Assembly: GCA_945902735.1 (NCBI GenBank)
Contig: CAMDNF010000001.1
Span: 10,594 to 74,593 of the forward strand
DNA: 64,000 bases
Origin: Rhizobium sp. Q54
GTDB taxonomy: Bacteria; Pseudomonadota; Alphaproteobacteria; UBA828
Reading direction: 5' to 3'
The notes beneath the pieces were generated by a model. The model was not told where the DNA came from and did no database searches. It saw nothing but the letters and a program-made list of their open reading frames with translations. Below are positions 59,130-64,000 of this stretch, piece by piece (the stretch's first letter is position 1; every line of letters starts with the position of its first letter). A program made the translations under genes and the position numbers.

Positions 59130-59225
59130 ACCCCATGCTTCGTCCCTCGACAGGCTCGGGATGAGGGGCTCAGCATGAGGGCTTTTGGTTGGGCCGCATC
59201 CTGAGCGAGTCGAAGGATGAGGCCG
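59130..59225. repeat. hairpin repeat family R1, copy 3 (two to three hairpins)
   Basis: catgcttcgtccctcgacaggctcgggatgagg, gctcagcatgaggg, catcctgagcgagtcgaaggatgagg, in the purD-xseA divergent region. Coordinates +/-2 nt. Confidence 0.55.
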
Positions 59226-59294
59226 TCACGCTCCACGTCACCCCAATGTGGATCGCCCTTGTAGCACAGGCCGGCTCCGGGGCAAGGTCGTGCC

Positions 59295-60788
59295 ATGGCC
59301 GAATCAGAGAGCAACGCCAGCCTTGAGAATGCCGGCGTTTATTCCGTCAGCGAGCTCTCGGTCGCGCTCAAGCGCGCGCTCGAGGAGGGCTTCGGCTTCG
59401 TGCGCGTGCGGGGCGAGATTTCGGGCTTCAAGCGCCATGCCTCGGGGCACCTTTATTTCGCGCTGAAAGACCAGGAGGCGGTGTTGGATGCCGTGTGCTG
59501 GCGTGGCACCGCCGGGCGGCTCGGCCTCGCGCCCGAGGACGGCATGGAGGTGATCGCTGCGGGACGCATCACCACCTATCCGGGTCGCTCGAAATACCAG
59601 ATCGTGATCGAGCGCCTGGAGCTCGCTGGCGTGGGCGCGCTGTTGAAACTGCTGGAAGAGCGCAAGAAGAAGCTTGCCGCCGAAGGCCTGTTCGAGCCAG
59701 CGCGTAAAAAGCCGCTGCCCTATTTGCCCGAGGTGATCGGGGTGATCACCTCCCCGACCGGCGCGGTGATCCGCGATATTCTGCACCGCATCGCCGAGCG
59801 CTTTCCGCGCCATATTCTGGTCTGGCCGGTGTTGGTGCAGGGCGAGGGCGCGGCGGAGCAGATCGCGCGCGCGATCGAAGGCTTCAACGCGTTGCCTGAA
59901 CGGGGCAAAATTCCGCGCCCCGATTTGCTCATCGTCGCGCGTGGTGGTGGCAGCCTTGAAGATTTGTGGGCGTTCAATGAAGAGATCGTCGTACGCGCGG
60001 CGGCCGCGAGTGGCATTCCGCTTATTTCAGCGGTCGGCCATGAGACCGACACCACGCTGATCGATTTCGCCGCCGATCGTCGTGCGCCGACGCCGAGTGC
60101 CGCGGCCGAAATGGCGGTGCCGGTGCGCGCCGACATTCAACGCGATGTGCTGGCCAGACAGGCGCGCGCGGTCGGCGCGTTCGACCGGCTGTTGCGCGGG
60201 CGGCGCGAGCGCGTCTCAAGCCTCGCGCGCGGGCTTAATGTCGTGCCGGGTCTCGTGCAGCATGCCGGCCAGCGGCTCGATGATCGGGGCGACCGGTTGG
60301 AGAGCGCGCTGCATGCGCGCCTGCGCCGGCTCGAAACAAGATTGGCCGCCACCCGCGTGCCGCACCCGCGCCATGTGCTCGCGGTCAAACGCGGGCGGTT
60401 TGACGCGGCGACCAAGCGCCTTGCGCGCGTGCACCCTGCGCTCGGGTTCACCCTTCGGACGGAGGCCTTGACGCGGCTCGGCGCGCGGCTGCCAGAATTG
60501 TTCAGGCTCAACCTCAATCGCATTGAATCGCGGTTTGCGACGGCCGGCCGCCTGCTTGAGAGTCATTCCTATCGTGTAGTGCTCAAGCGCGGCTACGTCG
60601 TGGTGCGCGATGAGCATGGCAAGCCGATCCGTGCGGCGGCGGCTGTGCGAGCAGGCGATGCGCTCGGGCTTGAATTTGCCGACGGCACCGTCAGCGCGAT
60701 TGCGACCGAGGGGGCCGCGCCCACACCCGCCTCGGCACCAAAGCGCGCGCAAAAGGGTGGTGACGGCCGTCAGGGCTCGCTGCTCTGA
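59295..60788 (+). CDS. xseA: exodeoxyribonuclease VII large subunit
   Basis: 497 aa; N-terminal OB-fold (VSELSVALKRALEEGFGFVRVRGEISGFKRHASGHLYFALKD), catalytic domain, C-terminal coiled-coil region. Confidence 0.9.
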   Translation: MAESESNASLENAGVYSVSELSVALKRALEEGFGFVRVRGEISGFKRHASGHLYFALKDQEAVLDAVCWRGTAGRLGLAPEDGMEVIAAGRITTYPGRSKYQIVIERLELAGVGALLKLLEERKKKLAAEGLFEPARKKPLPYLPEVIGVITSPTGAVIRDILHRIAERFPRHILVWPVLVQGEGAAEQIARAIEGFNALPERGKIPRPDLLIVARGGGSLEDLWAFNEEIVVRAAAASGIPLISAVGHETDTTLIDFAADRRAPTPSAAAEMAVPVRADIQRDVLARQARAVGAFDRLLRGRRERVSSLARGLNVVPGLVQHAGQRLDDRGDRLESALHARLRRLETRLAATRVPHPRHVLAVKRGRFDAATKRLARVHPALGFTLRTEALTRLGARLPELFRLNLNRIESRFATAGRLLESHSYRVVLKRGYVVVRDEHGKPIRAAAAVRAGDALGLEFADGTVSAIATEGAAPTPASAPKRAQKGGDGRQGSLL

Positions 60789-60799
60789 TGAGAATAGAC

Positions 60800-60950
60800 G
60801 GGGCCGTCATCCCCTGTCGTCATGCCCGGCCTTGAGCCGGGCATCCAGGCTCAACTCAAAGATTGGATGGCCGGGCCTGCCTGCGCGAAGCCGGAGCTTC
60901 GCTTCGGCGAAGGCAGGTCAAGCCCGGTCATGACGATCAAAAAAGATCCA
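60800..60950. terminator. cluster of near-perfect palindromes downstream of xseA (convergent intergenic region)
   Basis: atgcccggc-cttga-gccgggcat; cctgcctgcgcgaagccggagcttcgcttcggcgaaggcagg (long imperfect palindrome); ggtcatgacgatc. Likely bidirectional terminator/structured RNA. Confidence 0.4.
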
Positions 60951-60977
60951 TCGTCCAGCGCCCGATTGAGGGCTGCG

Positions 60978-61859
60978 TTAATCCGGCCAGCGTTTGTGGA
61001 CCCAGAGCCATTGCGCGGGGCGTTCGCGGATCCACACTTCGAGCATTTGGTTGATCTGGAGCATGGCGGCCGTGACGTCGGCGCTACGATCGCCCGTGTG
61101 TACGAGTACGAGTTTCGGAAAAATGGTGATCCGAAAGCGCGCGCCTTCAAGCCGCTCGACGCGCACCGGATAAACCGGCACGTCATATTTTAGCGCGAGT
61201 TCGGCGAGCGCAGGCGCGGTCATCGCGTCGCGACCAAAGAAGGGGACCGCGATGCCGTCGTTCATTTTCTGGTCGATCAGCATGGCGAGATGTTTGCCCT
61301 GCTTGAGCCAAACCAAGAGATTGCGGATGCTAGCCGGACCCTTGGGCACGCGATATTTCGCGACCGGGCCCCGGCAATAGCGAATCAGAAGATCAACGAT
61401 CGGATTGTTGGGCGCGCGATAGATCAACGCCACCGGAATGCCGCGCCCCTCGACCGCGAGCGCGCCGATTTCCCAATTGCCAACATGAGCGGAAAAGAAA
61501 ACGCCGCCCTTGCTTTCGGCCTTGGCGTCATCGAGACGCTCGATGCCCACCACCTCGGTGCGGCTATTCGCGCGATAGGGCGCGAAGCGACCGAGATGCG
61601 GATATTCCGCCGTCACGCGGCCGAGATTGTCCCACATCGCGCGTAGTATTTCGCGGCGCTGCTTGGGCGTGAGGTCGGGCAGCGCCTGCGCCAAATTGCG
61701 CTTGGCGCGTTGGTGGACCGGGACAAGCGGCCCGAGGCCACGCGCGAGCCAGCCGCCGAACGCCGATGCCCAAGCGACCGGCAATAGGCGTAGGACCACG
61801 AACAGGCCCAGTGTCGCCATGCCTTCAAGCGTGTGTCTGACCGGCCGACGCCTAGCCAT
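60978..61859 (-). CDS. lpxL: lipid A biosynthesis lauroyl/myristoyl acyltransferase (LpxL/HtrB family)
   Basis: 293 aa; N-terminal TM helix; H(x)4D-type acyltransferase motif SAHVGNWE; conserved position next to lpxK. Confidence 0.8.
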   Translation of the reverse strand: MARRRPVRHTLEGMATLGLFVVLRLLPVAWASAFGGWLARGLGPLVPVHQRAKRNLAQALPDLTPKQRREILRAMWDNLGRVTAEYPHLGRFAPYRANSRTEVVGIERLDDAKAESKGGVFFSAHVGNWEIGALAVEGRGIPVALIYRAPNNPIVDLLIRYCRGPVAKYRVPKGPASIRNLLVWLKQGKHLAMLIDQKMNDGIAVPFFGRDAMTAPALAELALKYDVPVYPVRVERLEGARFRITIFPKLVLVHTGDRSADVTAAMLQINQMLEVWIRERPAQWLWVHKRWPD

Positions 61860-62862
61860 GATCGGTCGCCCTCTGGCGCGAGCGCTCGACCAGCGGCGCG
61901 ATCAGAGCGCGCAGTGCCATCGGGTCGCGCCATTCGAGATCGACGCTCAAGACATCAACCATCAGACGCGCCTCGGGCGGCAGGCGCATATAATCTTTTG
62001 TCGTCGTCACGGGCTTATTGCCATGGTGGCTGGCCGCTTCGCACAGGCGCATGATTTCATCCGGCGTGTAGCGATGATGATCTGCAAAACCATGACGTTC
62101 AACAAGGACCGCGCCAATGGTCGTGAGCGTTTCGAAAAACTTAGCCGGCCGTCCTATGCCGGCAAAGGCGACAATCGGCTGATCGCGAAATCTCAAGGCT
62201 TCCGGTCCCGGTACGAGTTCGGCCACGAAGACCGGTCGCGCGAATGCTTTTAGCCGGTCGGTTAGCCCGACGCGATCGGGGCCGAGCATGACAATCGCAT
62301 CGGCGTGCGCCAGGCCGCGCGCCACCGGCTCGCGCAAGGGACCGGCCGGCAAGACCCGACCATTGCCGAAGCCAAACCCACCATCGATCACGACGAATGA
62401 GAGATCCTTGGCGAGCGAAGGGTTTTGCAAACCATCATCCATGATGACGAGACCCGCGCCACCGGCGGCGGCCGCGGCGGCGCCCGCGACCCGATCGGCC
62501 GAGCGCCAGGTCGGCGCCTCGGCCGCCAGCAACAAGGCTTCATCGCCAACGTCGTGCGCGGTGTGCCGCATTGGGTCGACGCGCAAGGGTTTCCCCCTCT
62601 CTCCGCCATAGCCGCGCGTAAGGAAATGCGCGTTGCCGCCGAGCTCGCGCACGAGCCGGTTCAGCGCCAGCGCGGTCGGCGTTTTGCCGGCGCCGCCCGT
62701 GACGAGATTGCCGACGCACATGATCGGGATCGCGGCGCGCGCCGGCTCGATCAACGCGCGACGCGCGGCGGCGACGCCGCGATAGATCAAGGCGAAGGGC
62801 GTGAGGGCCAGGGCGGCCGGGTGGTGCGCGCCGCCGGGGCCCCAAAACTCAGGGGGGCGCAT
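61852..62862 (-). CDS. lpxK: tetraacyldisaccharide 4'-kinase
   Basis: P-loop VGNLVTGGAGKTP; RGYGG motif. Start at MRPPEFW; the track ORF extends to 63009. Confidence 0.85.
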   Translation of the reverse strand: MRPPEFWGPGGAHHPAALALTPFALIYRGVAAARRALIEPARAAIPIMCVGNLVTGGAGKTPTALALNRLVRELGGNAHFLTRGYGGERGKPLRVDPMRHTAHDVGDEALLLAAEAPTWRSADRVAGAAAAAAGGAGLVIMDDGLQNPSLAKDLSFVVIDGGFGFGNGRVLPAGPLREPVARGLAHADAIVMLGPDRVGLTDRLKAFARPVFVAELVPGPEALRFRDQPIVAFAGIGRPAKFFETLTTIGAVLVERHGFADHHRYTPDEIMRLCEAASHHGNKPVTTTKDYMRLPPEARLMVDVLSVDLEWRDPMALRALIAPLVERSRQRATDHG

Positions 62863-64000
62863 GAGCCGTCTTCCTCGCGCCATTTTCTCGCCGCAGCAGT
62901 GGCCGGATCTGCTCCAGCGTGCGGTCGAGGGCGCCGCCGAGCGAGGCCGCGATTCGCTGTGCCGCCGCGGCGCGCGCGGCGATTGTTTGCGGGTCGGCGA
63001 TGAGGCCATCGATCGCGTCGGCCAGGGAGGCGGCGTCGCGCACGGTCATGAGCGCGCCACCGGCGCGGAGCGTGGCTTGAAGTTCGGCGAAATTCTTCAT
63101 GTCGGGCCCGGTTATCAACGCGCAATCGAGGCGCGCGGGTTCGAGCGCATTATGCCCGCCGACCGGGGTCAATGAGCCGCCGATAAAAACAATCGGGGCA
63201 AGCGCATAGAACAGGCCGAGTTCGCCCAGCGAATCGGCCAAATAGATCGCCGTCTCGGGGGCGATCGGTTCGCCTCGGCTGCGCTGCGCGATCGTCAGAC
63301 CCTTGGATTTGGCGAAGCGGGCGATGGTGTCGCCGCGTTTTGGATGACGCGGTGCGATGATGGTGAGAATGGAAGGCCGACGCGCCGAGAGTCGATCATG
63401 AGCGTTGAGCGCGATGATCTCCTCGCCATCGTGCGTGCTGGAGGCCAGCCAAAGGGGGCGGTCACCGATCTCGCTTTTGAGGGCGCGCAGGGTGCCCTCG
63501 TCATAGTCGAGGGGCGGTGCCTCGTATTTGAGATTGCCGATGGTATGGACGGTGGTTGCGCCGAGGACGCGATAACGCGAGGCGTCGTCCTCCGTCTGGG
63601 CCAAGACAGCGCGGAACGAGGCAAGCATCGGGCGGATCAGTTTTGGAAAGTGTGCCCAATTTTTGGCCGAAGCCTCGGACATGCGGCCATTGATGAGAAC
63701 CATCGGCACGCCACGCGCGGCGGTCTCGAACACGAGATTGGGCCACAATTCGGATTCAACCCAGAGCGCGATGTTGGGCCGCCAATGGGCTAGAAAGCGA
63801 CGCGTGGGTCCGAGCCGATCGATCGGTACATAGTGATGGATCGCATGCGGCGGCAGCCGCGGGCCGAGGAGCGCCGCCGAGGTCGGCGTGCCGCTCGTCA
63901 CAAGGACGCGCACATCGGGCCGCTCGCGCGCCAAGGCTGCGATGAGCGGCAGGAGCGTTATTGATTCACCGACACTCGCGGCATGGGCCCAGAGCAAAAC
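62849..64000 (-). CDS. waaA: 3-deoxy-D-manno-octulosonic acid transferase (partial, N-terminus beyond window end)
   Basis: LWAHAASVGESITLLPLI..., ALWVESELWPNL, C-terminal GGSL..GGHN motif typical of KdtA/WaaA. Confidence 0.85.
   Translation of the reverse strand, partial: VLLWAHAASVGESITLLPLIAALARERPDVRVLVTSGTPTSAALLGPRLPPHAIHHYVPIDRLGPTRRFLAHWRPNIALWVESELWPNLVFETAARGVPMVLINGRMSEASAKNWAHFPKLIRPMLASFRAVLAQTEDDASRYRVLGATTVHTIGNLKYEAPPLDYDEGTLRALKSEIGDRPLWLASSTHDGEEIIALNAHDRLSARRPSILTIIAPRHPKRGDTIARFAKSKGLTIAQRSRGEPIAPETAIYLADSLGELGLFYALAPIVFIGGSLTPVGGHNALEPARLDCALITGPDMKNFAELQATLRAGGALMTVRDAASLADAIDGLIADPQTIAARAAAAQRIAASLGGALDRTLEQIRPLLRRENGARKTAHAPP

Overview
This is a high-GC chromosomal segment that looks alphaproteobacterial (Rhizobiales-like). 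The ORF track includes TTG/GTG starts. Most of the window is conserved housekeeping: an acyl-CoA ligase fragment, gpx, ccrM, rnhB, moaB, a lytic transglycosylase, UDG, ETF-QO, ispE, hbd, etfAB, a PHB cluster (phaB x2, class-III-like phaC, phaR, phaJ), ribF, ileS, lspA, two M16 peptidases, pgi, mutL, rsmD, rluB, tadA, purD, xseA and lpxL-lpxK-kdtA.

Two accessory regions stand out.

(1) A ~2.1-kb insertion sits inside the last 32 nt of phaB, flanked by imperfect 32-nt direct repeats of the phaB 3' end. It carries a tightly coupled two-gene operon: a 445-aa protein with an N-terminal Swt1-like HEPN domain (Rx4H) plus two uncharacterised domains, and a 244-aa GIY-YIG-like nuclease-family protein. 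It has no integrase. I consider this a candidate undescribed anti-phage or abortive-infection module.

(2) A ~10-kb glycosylation locus: a UDP-sugar 6-dehydrogenase and a UDP-sugar epimerase, then four tandem paralogous genes each fusing N-terminal TPR repeats to a C-terminal GT9 (heptosyltransferase-like) domain, then DUF218, tRNA-Gln and gmhA. This suggests a TPR-guided, possibly protein-directed, (hepto)glycosylation system.

Smaller observations: a radical-SAM gene interrupted by an in-frame amber codon; a TPR-GT9 paralog with no stop at its expected end; two families of palindromic intergenic repeats; three perfect short tandem duplications in intergenic regions; a GT2 + DUF2064 conserved pair; and a flippase-like/O-antigen-ligase fusion protein. 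No rRNA, CRISPR, IS element or integrase was found.
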